DNA of 64,000 nucleotides from Selaginella moellendorffii (Eukaryota; Plantae; Lycopodiophyta): assembly GCF_000143415.4 (NCBI RefSeq), contig NW_003314269.1:3093060-3157059 (forward strand), in the 5' to 3' direction. The stretch's first letter is position 1; the number at the start of each line of letters is the position of its first letter. The translations under genes and the position numbers were made by a program. The notes beneath the pieces were generated by a model, which was given only the letters and a program-made list of their open reading frames with translations, was not told the DNA's origin and ran no database searches. This document shows positions 26,601 through 40,564 of this stretch, one piece after another.

Positions 26601-28802
26601 CTTGTTACTTGTGAAGAGTCCTAGTTACTTGCCAAGCATTGAAGAGCAAAGCAAATGGTGCATCATTTGCATTAAATGAAGCCATCAGTAGTAACAAGCC
26701 ACATGTGACAAATGTAATACAACAAATATTACCAATAAATGCAATTTAGGTGGGTGGAAGAAGAATAAAGAAGTGGTAAAGGAGTTGTTTCAATTTTCAT
26801 TTCTATATGAAAATTTACAATTTTTATATAAGTGCTAGGATTTAGAAATTGAAGTCCATGTGGAGTTTATAGCTTTTGTTGGACACACTAACTAAATCTA
26901 AGTACATGTCTAGAATCTTGCATAATCCATCCCATCAACTAAAATATGTCTTTAATGTCTTCTTTGCAAGATGAGATCAGCAATAAACAATCTAATTTCA
27001 AGTCTGTTATTTGTCCATTATTTATTCAAGCTTCAAAAAGAGTGTTAATGTTATATTCCACTCTCTGAGAATGTTATCATTAGTGGTGTGCTTCAGTGCT
27101 CTACATCGCACTTTCTCCAACTCTCTTCCCATATCTTAGAGACAAAAAATTATTGGTACATTATTAATTGACCCAGCTCAATTAGGCTTTAAGTTTTATT
27201 CTTTATACTTTTTACTCCCACAATGATCTCTTGGAAAATTTCAAATTTTCACAACTCCCTTCATTTGTAATTCTCAATGCTAGCTTGAAGTAATTTTAAT
27301 TTGCAATTTTGAATTTTCTTAAGTTGAATTTCATTTTAAAAATAGAGAATCTTCTAATCACAAATAGGCATCCTATTGTTACATTTTTATGATCATAAAA
27401 TTAAGCCATATTTGACTTTTCTTGGTTAAATTTAGACTATACGTGCTGTTCAAGTGACAATATATAGTGGGTTATATTTCTATAATTTTTTGGAAAGCAC
27501 AAGTTAAATGAGTTGTTGGATCTTGTTTAGTATTTTTGATAAAATCCTAAGTTAATGGTCAACTTTTATCTTTAAACTATCGTTAAGCTTATCTTTTAAA
27601 ATACAATGATAACAATTAATTTTATAAATAAATTTATTTTCCTTACTTTATTTAATTGTTGTACTAAATTTAGAAATTTTCTAAATTATTATTCTATATC
27701 AAAAATTATGTTTTATTGTACTCAGAAAAACAATTATATTTTCTTTTAATTAAATTTTTATCTGTTTTGTTTCTTATTTTTATTTAAGTATGCATCTACA
27801 AATTATAAATTTATTTAGAATTACAAATAATTATATAGTAAATATTTACAAATTTTGTTTTTTATTTTACAAAAAAGTTAAAGACTATTGAGTTTGTGAG
27901 GATTTACAATTATATACTGAATTTGAATCATGGTTTGTTTATTTTTTAAGTAATACTAATACTATAGATTTAATAAAATATAATATTTTTTAAATTAATA
28001 TATATTATATATATTAAATATCAATAGAGGGACCTTTACTTTTCCCCACCCATTTACTAGGGTTATCCACTAAAGTTGTATATCCTCTTAAAAGTTGTTT
28101 ATAATGTTAGGGTTTAAAAAATTGAAAATGCATACCGAGTGACAAAGAATGCATGGGATTTTAAATACAAGGATTAAAATAAACTAAAGTGATTTATTTT
28201 TTTTGTTAGTAAAGTGTTGTGAGCACAAATTGCAAATATCTTGGTAAAAAGTCATTTTTATTATAAAATAAATTATTATTTAATTATTTAATATAAATTT
28301 AACTCATATTTACTTTTGTATCCCTTTTTTCATTATTGTTCAATAAAATTTACATCATTTTTTATAAGTTTTATTTAATTTAGTTTTCATATATTTAGTT
28401 TTATTTTTGTTACTACATACATTTTTAAGGATTATGAAATCCAAATAAATAGTTAATAAATTCTTGAAAATTTATATGAAATTCTATATTTTCTTTAAAG
28501 TCATTAATAATTAAAATTATACCATTTGATAGAACAAACATTCACTATGCAACAACAATTTAAAGTTGCATAATTGTTGTACACTTATAATAAAATCATT
28601 TTAAAATATTATAGATTACAAAAGGTTTTATTTCATCACAAAAAACTTCTTTTACTTTAATCTATTTAACATTCAATTATAGCATTTGTAATGTCCAGGT
28701 CACACTATAATTGTTAATTAAAACTACGCTACTATGGCAAGTGAGCAAAGAAAGTGTTTGTTCTAAACGACTCGGGCTGTATCATTTCTAGTGATCCCAG
28801 TG

Positions 28803-31170
28803 TCACTGTTGCTCCACTCCTTGTTGCGCCATTCTAAGAGCATCTTCCCACGTAAACTCCTCTTCCACGACTTTGCTGCCGGTCTCCTGCTTTTGCGTCT
28901 CATCGCCTCCTTTCCTTCTCTTGCTCTCTGGTTTCTCATGAATCCTCTTCCCGTTACTTTTCTTGTTCCTTGGTTTCTCCCTGGCCTCTTGCACTTCCAC
29001 TTTCCTGTGCGTTTCCTTATTCTCCTTCCCCCGCTTCCTCTTCTTGCTCCCCGCTTTCTTTAATTCTCTATCGTCATCCTCTTCGTCCGTGTTCCCACCA
29101 TCACTTTGTCCTGCTGCTTCAGCTTCATCTCCCTCATCCCCCATGCCGGCGGCTGGTTTTTCATCCTCCGCGTCATACAAGTTCCTCTGGACTGGCATGT
29201 TCCTCAGCGACTGCTTGCTCACCAGAGCCAGCGTTGAAGCTTCGGCAGAGGGCGCGTTTGCGTCGTCCAAGTGTGGTGGAGGAACAAAAAACGGAATTCT
29301 GCCCCGCTGCCAATCGTAAAGCACCATTTTCGCTGCTGTTTTCAGATCTGGCTCACCCCCCTGTACAAGCTCGAATATCAGGACAAAATGCATTCCAACC
29401 ATGATTACCTTCAGAAGTTTGCCCGTTTGTTGGCACAGCTGAGTGAGGAAGTCCTCATCGTCATTCCAGTCTTGTATCTTGTAAGCTCTCTTTAGATAAT
29501 CCTTCTTCACTCGCTGTAACACCTCTCCTATGTGCTCAGTAGCGTCATCCAGATTTCCCACGCGGACCTTGCAGAGTATGACGATTGTTAGGTGAGAGCG
29601 CAAGAACGCATTTTCTCCTTACCACGCCTTTTAAGACAATGTCAGTTTCGCTGTCATGATTTTGATACACAACACCGGGGCAATCTATAAGGAAAATTCG
29701 TTTCGTCAGTGTTATATACTGCCAGACTTTTGTTTCCCCAGGCAGTGGCGCAACTTTGCAGACCTGCCGAAAGTAGAAATACAGAACAAGTTAAGCTAAA
29801 AAACGGGAAACTCTTTGAAGCTCACATTCTTTGTCCGCAAAGTGTTTATGACTGAAGACTTTCCAACGTTTGGATAGCCAATAAAACCAACTGATATCGC
29901 CTGTTTGTCACTTTTCAACCGAGCAAGTTGTCTCAGCAAAGAGAGAAGAGATCCCTGAAGCGAAAACATGTGAAAAAGTTCAATTATCATACGCATAAAT
30001 CTACCTTGCCAAACGGATTGGTTACGCTCGCGTGGAATGCGAGCGTCGGATATTCACGAGAGAGCACGTGAAGCCATCCTCTTGTAGCCCATGCTGGTAC
30101 TAAATCGCACTGGAAGACAAAGAAAGGAAATGATTTGGAGCCTTAGCTGATGGCAAACCTTGTTGAGAAGAAAAATCAGATGCTTGTGCTTGCAGTTTTC
30201 TCGGAGGTGTTTCTCGAGATGATAGCACCGAGTGCCAGCGGGATCCCTGGCATCCAGCACCTAAAAGACATCATAGACACAGGATTTTATAAGATTCAAA
30301 CAGTCGCAAACCTGGACAACCACGTCAGAAGAGTCAATAACTTTGTATAGTTCCCCCCAGATACGCTTGCTCTGGCCTTTCTCAAACATTGTATGCCTCA
30401 CTTGGTCACGCAAGCCATCCGTTTCGGTCAACGCTGTACTCTTTTTTTTGGTAACATCCTCAAGACTCTTTTCGTGCTCCTCTGAAAGATGTAAGATCAG
30501 AAGGAAGCATGCCAGTATTTCGCTTTCACACACCTTGTGTGTTGGCACATTTTTGCACCAGGCTAGTATAATCATCAACACCGAGTTTGGGACGCTTCCT
30601 TTTCTTCTTGGGACCGAATGTGTCTTCAAACTTTTCGGTATCTAAAAGATGAACCCTCGCTTGCTACAAAGAAAAAAAATTGTCATGCTCCAAGGAATGG
30701 AAGAAAAAAACTTTAGGCAGACCTTTGGTCGATCAGTCAAGAGTGCCATCGGCAATTTCTTCTGCTTTAAAATCACAGTGTAGGCGTTCGACACTCTGGT
30801 ACGCATTTCTTCCCGGAACGTTTCCAGCTCCTTCTGCCCGACGACCCTCGTATTCCCTTCATACCACATTTTTCCCAATCAAGCAAATACATCTTGGAAA
30901 ATTGAGACGAGATCTTCACTCACCAAACCATCGCCTATCGGGCTGAATCCTCGTCGACGGCAGATCCTTGGACTGGAGCTCGTGATGCAAAACCTTGCCC
31001 TTGCTGTCGCGCCGGGGACGAGACTGATACATATTGAGCCGCCGGACGGTCGCGGAGCTGCGCATTCCCGCGGCGCCGGATCCGCCATCGCGCCTGTTTG
31101 CATCGAGCGAATGTTTGGGATTCCCACCGCGCGACGGCGTCCGCGCAGCCTGCTTCTTCGTCTTCGCCAT
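28803..31170 (-). CDS. NUG2: Nucleolar GTPase NUG2/NOG2/GNL2
   Basis: NGP1NT domain ([15 protein letters not shown]), [66 protein letters not shown]. Confidence 0.95.
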
Positions 31171-31281
31171 TTTGCTATGCCCTAAACCTCCCTAGGGTTT
31201 ATACAGAATGTCCTCAAGTTAGATTCCGTTAGGGCAGAAACAAAATTAAACAAAAGCTTATTGCCAAGCAAAAATTTCTCT

Positions 31282-32503
31282 CTAAGCGGCAGCTTCCACG
31301 GCTTTCACTACAGCAACTTCAGCGGGCCTGAGAACTCTTTCGTGGAGTAAGTATCCAACCTGGAAGAACAAACCATCTCCTTAGAAAAACAACCATGGGG
31401 AAGAAAACTCTCGTGGACACCTTGAAAACGTTGGCGACGGTGCCGGCGGGCTTGCTGGGATCAGCAATCTCGCAGACCGCGAGGTGCACGTTTGGATCGA
31501 AAGGCTCGCCAGTCGGGTCGAATCGCTCGACTCCATACTTTTTGAGAACCTGAGGGAGAGAGAGAGAGAGAGCGAATGATAACCGCGGAAACAATCGATC
31601 AAAACTTCTTTTCCATACCTGCATTAGTTGCTTCTCAGTCATCTTCACTCCTGCTAAAAGAGTGTCGAGGAGCTTCTTGGCTTCCTCCGCGTCCTTGGGC
31701 TGTCCAACGGACGACAAAGCTCTCGAGAGATTGTCCGAAACGTCAAGCAAATCCTTCGAAAAGCTCTGGAACAGATCGAAAACTTTGTAAGCCTTGACTC
31801 AACCAAAACAAATGAACAGAAGAAAACGAAGAGAAATCATACCTGGACGGCGAACTTGCGAGAGCTCTCTTGCTCTCGCTTTGCCCTTTCTCTGTAGTTC
31901 TCCAGCTCCGCAAGGCCACGAAGAACACTGTCCTTGAGCTCCTTCACAAGTTCATCCTTTTCCTCGATAATCGAGTCCTTTTCTCGAACCTGCTGCTCGA
32001 ACTTTCTGATCTCTTTCAGCAGCTTCTGCTCGGCTGTCTCGGGCACTTTCTTGTCATCGGCAGCTCCCGGCTTATCACCCGGTTTCCTCTCACCATCGCC
32101 GCCTTTAGCACCACCTTCGCCACCGCTGGCGGCGGCGGCGGCTTTTCCTGTCGCCTTCTTCTCATCCTTCCCAGACTTTGAGACTGGCTCGGTTTTATCC
32201 TCCACTGGGGGCTCCTCGGCCGATCCCGGCCGCCCCTCTTTCGAGGTGGAAGAATTCACGGCTGCAGAAGAAAAATGGGCTGTGTGAAACGATTGTGCCG
32301 GTGAGATCCGTGACGACGGAGGAGGAATGCAAGCAAGCCATTGCTGCAGTTACCACAGTTGTTCTTTAAGATTTTGGAAAAACCCTATTCAATCGAGCTA
32401 CCTGGCGAGGAGAATCGGCTGCCCGGAACGATTGCAGAAGCGACGAGGACGATCTCGTGCGCCTCCAGCCATGCCGCAATAGTGCTCCCACCGCTTGCCT
32501 CAT
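31282..32503 (-). CDS. GrpE nucleotide-exchange factor, probably mitochondrial
   Basis: LRGLAELENYRER, FSKDLLDVSDNL, FDPNVHLAV, GYLLHERVLRPAEVAV. Arg/Ser-rich presequence MRQAVGALLRHGWRRTRSS. Confidence 0.92.
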
Positions 32504-32655
32504 TGCGCCGAGAGGAAGAAAACCGCCTAAACCCTAAACCCACGCGTGAAGAATCTAGAACAAGCAACTATAGCCGCCCGATCTCGTAACGTTAATCTTG
32601 CCACGTGGACTGTACACGTCAGCTTATTAATATGAAGAGAAATATTCTTGTCACT

Positions 32656-33770
32656 ATGGAGATTTCTCTTTGCTATGGCGGCAATGCGTGGGCTAGACGA
32701 GGCTCTCTAGTGCGCTGCGCGGCTTCTAGGGATGGAAAATCCGGTCTTCTATCGTGGATGAGGAGCGCGGCGCCACACGAGATCTTGGGGCTCTCGGCAG
32801 CGCGAGGATTTGGCTTGGACGATGTCAAGGCGGCATTTCGATCCAAGGTTTGTGAGAGAGAGGCTCTAGGGTTTTGTGTGATGGATTTCGCGGATTTCCA
32901 GGTGAAGGAGTACCACCCGGATGTGTATCGGGGCGCCGAGGATCCGGAGGCCATCACACAGTGCCTGATTCGGGCTTACGAGGTGAGCACATCTTTTGTT
33001 CACTCGTTGGAAAGAGTTTTTGTGATAGAACCTCGGTTAGAAATTCTTTGCAGGAGCTCTCGCTGGAGACTAAACCAAGCATTGGACAAAAGAGGTTCGT
33101 GGTTCTTCTTTTCTCTCCTCGTTCTTTGCTACATTTCGATTGATCAATGCAGGAGATCTCTCGATCCTTTCCAAGAGCCGGAAGGAGAAGCGAATGATAT
33201 CTTTGTGAATGAGCTTCTCTGCATTGGAAAAGGTTCGCAAGCTTTCCTCTTTCGTGTGATTGATCTTAACTTCGTTGTTTTCCTTTGAAAAATCAGCCTG
33301 TCCTTACTCTTGCGTGGAACGAGCTCCATCAGTGTTTAGATACAATCCAGAAACTGGACGAGCTCAAGCTGTTGTTCAAGGTAATCCTTTCTTTGCTTCG
33401 GCATAACTTAAAACGAGCTACTTAGCCTGGTCGAATCCCATCTGTGTGAAAATCCAGGAAGAAGTGGCGACTACTCTGTGCAGCTAGCCGTCGGCCAGTG
33501 CCCGAGAAATTGCATCCACTACGTAACCGAAGAACAAGGGAAAGTCCTGCGAGACTTGCTTCACAGGTAAAACATTAAACTCTTCACGCGTTTTACTTCG
33601 TGGGTTCTTGAATCGTGTGTGGTTTTGCTAGAGCTTCGATCGATCCTTACAACTCCGAGGATTTCACGACGATCCAAGGCCTGATCGCGCGCGCCGCTTA
33701 TGAAAATGGAAGATACAGGGGCCCCAAAAGAAAACCAAAGCGTAGTGACAAAATGGTAGATTACTATTAA
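32656..33770 (+). CDS. Plastid-type DnaJ protein with ferredoxin-like domain (DJC76/77/82 class)
   Basis: J domain with YHPD; DIFVNELLCIGKACPYSCVERAP and LAVGQCPRNCIHYVT Fe-S cysteine motifs. Confidence 0.88.
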
Positions 33771-33792
33771 AAATAATTTCTATTTCGCTGAG

Positions 33793-33935
33793 GAATATTC
33801 TAATTTGTTCGGCATTAGGGTAAGGTAGATGTTTCTAGAGGCAGCCGTCCGATTGGTCAAATCGGACGGCTGAGGGGCGGTGTCGTAAATATAGCTCTCC
33901 ACCGTTGGATCTAATCTGTCGGGACGGCTGGGATG
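33793..33935 (+). promoter_or_regulatory. APX upstream region: GAATATTCTA (HSE/P1BS-like) and a 13-bp perfect inverted repeat
   Basis: gaatattcta at 33793; cagccgtccgatt-ggtca-aatcggacggctg at 33842-33872. Confidence 0.45.
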
Positions 33936-34099
33936 CTTTAAAAGAGGCTCGTGGCCCTCACACTCCTTTTGTGTTGCTGCTGCGTCTTCGAGGGAAGGGC
34001 GAGGAGAGAAGGCGCATTCTTCGATCGGGATCGTGAATCAGGTAAATCAGCGCTTGCGCTTCGCGATTCCATCCCTCTGACGCCGCTCCTTGGAGTAGG

Positions 34100-35382
34100 A
34101 TGGGAAAATCTTACCCGGCCGTGAGCGAGGAGTACAAGGCCGCCGTGGAGAAGGCCAAGAGGAAGCTCCGCGGCTTCATCGCAGGCAAGATCGGCGGATC
34201 GAAGCTTGAAATTTCTAGTCTTTCTGACCCTTTGTTTCCAATATTTTCTCGCAGAGAAGAACTGTGCGCCATTGATTCTCCGCCTTGCGTAAGTCTCTTG
34301 TCCTCTTTTTCTTTGGTTTCGCCTCTTCTTGTAAAGCTCACGGCTCGCGTTGTGGAATAGATGGCACTCGGCGGGAACTTACGATTGCCAGTCCAAGACC
34401 GGTGGTCCTTTTGGCACCATGAAGCTCGCTGAGGAGCTTGGCCATACCGCGAACAATGGTCTCGACATCGCCGTGAAGCTGCTACAGCCAATCAAGGACC
34501 AGTTCCCCATCTTGAGCTATGGCGACTTCTATCAGGTAAAGACTCGTCTTTGTTTGCTTTCCTTCGTTTGGTTTTTCCCTTTAGTGCTGTGACGCTAGCT
34601 ACCTCGAACGATAGTGTCTGGAATTAGTGCCATTTCGATAAGACTTGGTTCTTATAGATTATTTTTTTACAGCTTGCGGGAGTCGTTGCTGTGGAAGTCA
34701 CTGGTGGCCCCGAGATTCCATTCCATCCCGGGAGAGTGGTGAGTTTTGATATTCGATTTTCAATTGGTTTCTCGTGGAATGATGTAACAAAAGAATGCCT
34801 TGGATGGATACAGGACAAGCCAACATGCCCAATGGAGGGACGGCTTCCAGATGCTACCAAGGGCGCGGATCATCTCAGAGACGTGTTTGTGAAGCATATG
34901 GGTCTCACGGACAAGGACATCGTGGCTCTTTCTGGCGGTCACACTCTGGTAAGCTGTATCAGTCTCAGAGAAAAAAAAATCTTACGAAACTTCGGTGTGT
35001 TTGTCCAGGGAAGAGCACACAAGGAACGATCCGGGTTTGAGGGCCCATGGACGCACAACCCTCTCCAGTTTGACAACTCCTACTTCACGTAAGTCGATCG
35101 ATTTCACTTTTCTTTCTTTCCGATCTAATCGTGTTTGCTCCAGGATACTGCTGAGCGGTGAGCAGGAAGGCATCCTCACTCTCCCAACCGACAAAGTTCT
35201 CGTGGAGGATCCCTCATTCCGCCCGCTCGTGGAGCTCTACGCCAAGGTAAAGAGAAATCTCCGCTTAGAACTCTGCGTGATCAAGAGATAAATCTCACTT
35301 GGAACAGGACGAGGAGGCGTTCTTCAAGGACTACACCGAAGCCCACCTCAAGCTCTCGGAGCTTGGATTCGCCGAGGAGTAA
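34100..35382 (+). CDS. APX: Cytosolic L-ascorbate peroxidase
   Basis: [61 protein letters not shown]. Confidence 0.97.
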
Positions 35383-35830
35383 AAGCAAAGGGCGTAAATA
35401 ACCTCCGAGCAAGCCTTACTTCTTTTTGGATTTTGTGGAAAAAACATTAATAGCAAATGTATTGTTAAGTCAGCTGGCACACATTCCAAGAACCCTAAAA
35501 CCCTAATAACACGAGAGCTTGTTTCCGGCCGATGACAAGGACCCAGCCAATGAAACCCGCAAGATGACGCACTGGTTCATGTTCCCGACCTTGAATGACT
35601 ATGTTCTCGAGGCATGGACGAGGATGAAATCCCATGCGACGACGAGGATGGTGGCAGTTGTGAAATAAATCTTGGGGCTCACGACCTTGAATGAATCTAA
35701 AATCTAGAATTAAAACGTGCAAGCAAATCTTCGTGAAGAACATTCGTGAACGAGGAGGCTCTTTTGAGATCCATCCGAGCTGTTTGGATAAAATTTACAG
35801 TTGCCTCCAAGGATTGTTGCTAAGATTGAG

Positions 35831-38539
35831 CTAAACATCATATACCACTCCAACGTGAAGCAAGCTCTCGTGAGGGATGTGATAAACGACGCTGCTGCCT
35901 CTACAAATCCTCCGGAGGAAGCTGTAGCCAAAGTTTATGGCAACTCTCTTCCAAAAGCTCGACGCTTCGCGGGCCTTCATCACGGTGTTTCCCATGATAT
36001 GCACGATCCCATCTTGCCTGGCCCTGCCTAGAAAATCGCCCTCGTCTTCCTCGTCACCCCTGGAGGAGCAAACCGATGATCGGCGATGGATCTCGTCCAG
36101 CGAGCCTGCTGTGCTGATCATAACCGAGTCGATGTTTGATCTCGTCGGCTCCGCTGATACCACCCGGGAGCTCTCGATGCTGTCGTCGGAGTTTTCCACA
36201 CTTCCCACCATGGACTCGTAGCGGACAAAGGAGCGGAGCGCCTGGAAGAGGAGCTCGTCGAACTCGTCGTCCTTTTTGTGGAGGTCCTTGTAGCCATATC
36301 GCACTGCGCAGCGGTACATCCGAAACTCCCTGGGGCCTATTCTCCGAATGTGGAACCGCTCGGCTTTCGGGACCGTGCTGACTGGGAGATACTTGACGCA
36401 GACGAACATGAGAATTGAGTGGATCGCTGGGAAGTGCGTGAGAAAATGAGAGAAAATGGAAGGTACCCCGTGAGCGAGCTCCGTGTAAAAGAGACCGATT
36501 CCTGGAAGTCGGACCATGCCGAGCCCCGGGCCAAGCCGAAGGATCCAACCGAGAGAAACTTTGTTCTGGAGTTCGAAGCTGTGCCGTTCAGTGGTTCCAT
36601 AGTGCCATGTGTACATGACAATGAGCAGAAAGGCTCCAATTGCCAGAGGTACCCAGCCTCCCTTCTCCACCTTGACGAGAACAGCTGAGATGTAAGTGGA
36701 CTCGAGGGAGCCAAACACCACGAGAAATGCCAGAACCAGCAACAGGTTTCTTTGCCAGATGATGAGCATGACGAGAGCCATTAGTAGAGTGGTGACAAGC
36801 ATCACTCCCACAACAGCAATCCCTGTAAAAATATATCAGCATATTATCCAAAGCATTTGAAGTGAGCTTACCATAAGCATTTGCTATCTGCATTGTTTCT
36901 CTAAACCCAGCGGTTATCACCAGGCACGCAACCATAAGCAACCAGTTGACTTCGGGAATATAGACCTGGCCGAGGTACTTGTACGAAGTGTGAACAATCT
37001 TGACCCGCGGGAAGCAACCCAAAGCCACGGCTTGCTTTATGATGGAAAAAGTTGCAGAGATCGTTGCTTGGCTCGCAATGACTGCAGACGCCGTTGCGAT
37101 TACAAACACAGGCCAGTAAACTGCTGGTGTTTTCGGTATAGACTTGTAGAAAGCGTCGTTCACGTCGTCGGGTAGCTTCATGAGATATGCAGCTTGTCCC
37201 ATGTATGCTGCTAATAGACAAGGGAACACCATTCCAGTAAAAGCCAGCTGCATAAATCAAGAATTAAAACCAAAAAAACAATATAACGATCCAGGACACT
37301 TACTTGGATCGAGGAAGCTGAGAAGTGGCCAAGGTCAGCAAACAAAGCTTCGGCACCTGTCATAAATGTTTAGATGCCAAGATTTTGAGAAAGATGTGTC
37401 AGCAGACCTGTTATAGCCAGAAAAACTCCTCCAAGTGACTCCCAGCCTCTGGTCTTCTGCCTTCCGAAATAGCGAATGATGTAGTGCGGGTTGAGGGCCT
37501 TGAATATAGATGGATCATGAACAACGATGTTGTAAACTCCAAGCGCACCAATCGCAAGAAACCAGACGAAGATAATTGGAGCAAACATGAATCCAACTCT
37601 GGCAGTTCCAATGCGTTGCATGCAAAAGAGCCCAACTAAAATCACCAATGCCAGAACCAAGATAGCATCTGTAACAAAGCTCAGATTAATCTTCACTCAA
37701 GGAAAACATCACGGCAAGACTGACCATCAGAGACGGACAAATGAGCAACTCGGAGTCCTCTCACAGACGAAAGCACTGCAAAATGACGAGCATCGGCAAC
37801 GTTTTCCTCCAGAAAAAAAATCAAAGGACGAACCTGATATAGCAGGAGATAGCATTCCATCACCGATAACCATGCTTGTGCCGAGTAGGACTAGCACAAG
37901 CAGGATCTTTTGCAAGGTTTGGCTTTTCTCCAAAGCCACCTTTACTTTGTGAGCATGAGACTTCTCGGGCACTGCCCGGAAACTGTACGTGGTAAGCTCC
38001 CGATCAGTGGGATGCTGGTTGGAGATAGTGTTAACTTTGACATGCCTGCATATCAAAGAATACAGGGCAAAAGTCCCGCCTGGAAAAGAAAAGGAATCCA
38101 CAAAGTTTAAATCACCATCTAGCGATGAGAAATACCTTCTCCATTGTCTCCCGATCGTAGCGCGATAAAAACGTACTTGACCAGAGCAATCAGAGTGATG
38201 GTGTAGACGATCAGCGACAGCGCTCCCAGCACGTCCTCGCGGTGCTGGATCCCATCCGGGAAGATATTGGAGAAGACGTAGAGCGGCGATGTCCCGATGT
38301 CGCCATAGACCACACCAAGGCTGAGGAACGCCAGGCGCAGCGTCGCGGCGGTGGAAACCCTCTGGAGAAATTCTAGCTCGAATCAGGCATGGGACAGGGA
38401 GAAAATAGGCCAATCATCCCTTTACCTTTGCCGGCGCTTGCATGCTCTGGATTCGCGCCGCATCGTCGCCAAGCGGCTGATCAATCTGATCAAGACTCCA
38501 CATTCCCCCTCTCTCCCGCCCTTGCTCTTCGTCCCCCAT
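35831..38539 (-). CDS. KT/HAK/KUP potassium transporter
   Basis: [61 protein letters not shown]. Confidence 0.96.
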
Positions 38540-38725
38540 AGCTGGAAGAAACAAGGGGAAATTCCTTAAAGCCCTAGAATATCCATGAGCTTTTTAAAAT
38601 CCCGCGTACGCGGCGAGATGAGCGTTTCCCCTTTCTAGCAAGCGTAGAGGCTACTTTTAGACAGAGCAAAATGGGTTTTTGGTTAGATCCTAGCGGTTAA
38701 AAAATACAGCGATATTTTCTCTCTA

Positions 38726-40320
38726 TCATCTAGAAATCCCACTCCTCGTGTTTAGATCGAATTGGGCTCCACGGCTCCAGCTCCCACCTTGCATGGCATT
38801 TCCATCCTCCTCGTCCTCAGAGTCACCGTCACCGTCACCGTCACCATCACCGTCACCGTCACCCTCGTCTTCTTCGTCCCCCTCGCCCTCACCTTCACCG
38901 TCATCAGCGTCACCCTCCTCGCCGTCACCTTCACCTTCACCCTCACCATCTTCGTCACCTTCTTCCTCTTCGGCGTCCTCGTCCGACACCCATTGCATGG
39001 CGTCGTCGGCCTGGCGAGGATCGCTCGCCTCGACGTTGAGATTCATGTCCGCCGCCTGGAAGGAGTCTTTGGAGGCGGTGCCGCCGCCGCTGGATTGCTG
39101 CTGGGCTGCTGCTTGTTCTCGCGCCTGTGCCTCGGCGGCTCGGACCTTCTCTACGTGAGCGATCGCCTCTTTCATCTTGGCCTCCGCCGCTGCCTTCTCC
39201 GCTTCCATCTGGCTCCGCAGCTCCGAGAGTCTCTGCTTCTCGTCCTCGAGAAGGAGCTGCTCGACGAGCAGCCGCTCCTCGCCTCGCATCTCTCCCTCCC
39301 ACCGCTTCCTCACGATCATGTTGTACATGGCGATTTGCTTCTGGAGCGCCAGGAAGTATTCCCGGCTCTTGGAGCTCAGCGTTTCGTTCCAGAGCTGGCT
39401 TCTCGAGACGGAGCCGTGACCGTCGGTGGCCCTGTCCTCCACTTCGTCCATATCGTACTCGGCTACGACGTGGTAAGGAAGAAGTCTGGAAGAAAAGTGA
39501 GACTCGGATGAACGAAAAAATTCAAGCTTTGGAAAGAAACCAAGCTAGCATCAAAATCGGAAACGAAGAAACTTGGGTGACTACTTCAAATTACAGAAAA
39601 GACTCGAATAAACGTCGACATCAAAGGTGGAATTCGCCCAAACATTCGCAGGAATTCTACCAGATAACCAAATTCTAGACAAGAGAAAGAAATGGAGGAA
39701 GCTAGCATTGGGCGTCACAAAATCAGAACTTGAGTGACTACTTCAAACTACAAGAAAGGCTACATCGACAAAAGATTTGGAATTCACTCAAGCATTCGCA
39801 GGAATTCTACCAGGCAACCAAATTCTAAACAAGAAAGAGAAATGGAGGAAGCATACCTTTCACAAGCGTCTTCCAGGGACACGAATGGCCGATGGATATC
39901 TGGGTTACACACACGCATTAGATCCTGTCTAGCCATTTCCACTTCCACGGCATCGGGTTTCTCTTTGGCTCCTCCAGGCATGGGCGGAGCTGTGGCGGCG
40001 GCAGCGGCAATAGCAGTAGCAGCAGCAGTGGCGGGCGGAGGAGTAGGAGGAGGAGGAGATGGAGCAGCAGCGGCAGGAACCGCAGAAGAAGGCGGAGGTG
40101 GAGGAGAAGGACTGGCAGTCGCCCCTTGGCCGCCGCCTCCGAAAATCTTCTTCTCCTTGAGCTTGTGCTTCAAAATTTGCTGCTGCTGGCTCTGGATTTG
40201 GGGCTGGAGCTGGTGATTCTGGAGCGATACCTGATTCGGCTGCATTGGAGCTGCGAATGGCGACGGCGGCTTGCCAATCTTCTGCTGCTGCTGTGCTGGC
40301 GCCATCTCCGCCATCGCCAT
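38726..40320 (-). CDS. GLTSCR-domain protein (BRIP1/2-like SWI/SNF-BRM subunit), 2 exons
   Basis: Spliced CNPDIHRPFVSLEDACER|LLPYHVV matches the GLTSCR1 consensus. Q/P-rich N-terminus, coiled coil and acidic tail. Intron 39486-39856. Confidence 0.8.
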
Positions 40321-40564
40321 AGACGATACCCTAGGATGGAAGACCTACAGCGCGATTGCGCGACGCAATGCCGGGAGCGGGGCATTCCCTTGAGCCCTGG
40401 AACTTCTCCTGTCACCTGACAAGACATGCTTCTTCCTCGCCATGCTCGAAGGAAGGACCAAACCCTAAGCTCTAACACACCGCATCTGGCACCGTAAATC
40501 CAACGGTCACAAAAGCGCCATTTGTGAGCATTGAGAACAATAAATACTATTGCTTTTGTTTTTT

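Noticed and set aside
36058-36125. Apparent intron in the KUP C-terminal region
   Set aside because: Splicing the GT..AG would shift the frame, whereas the unspliced sequence stays in frame.
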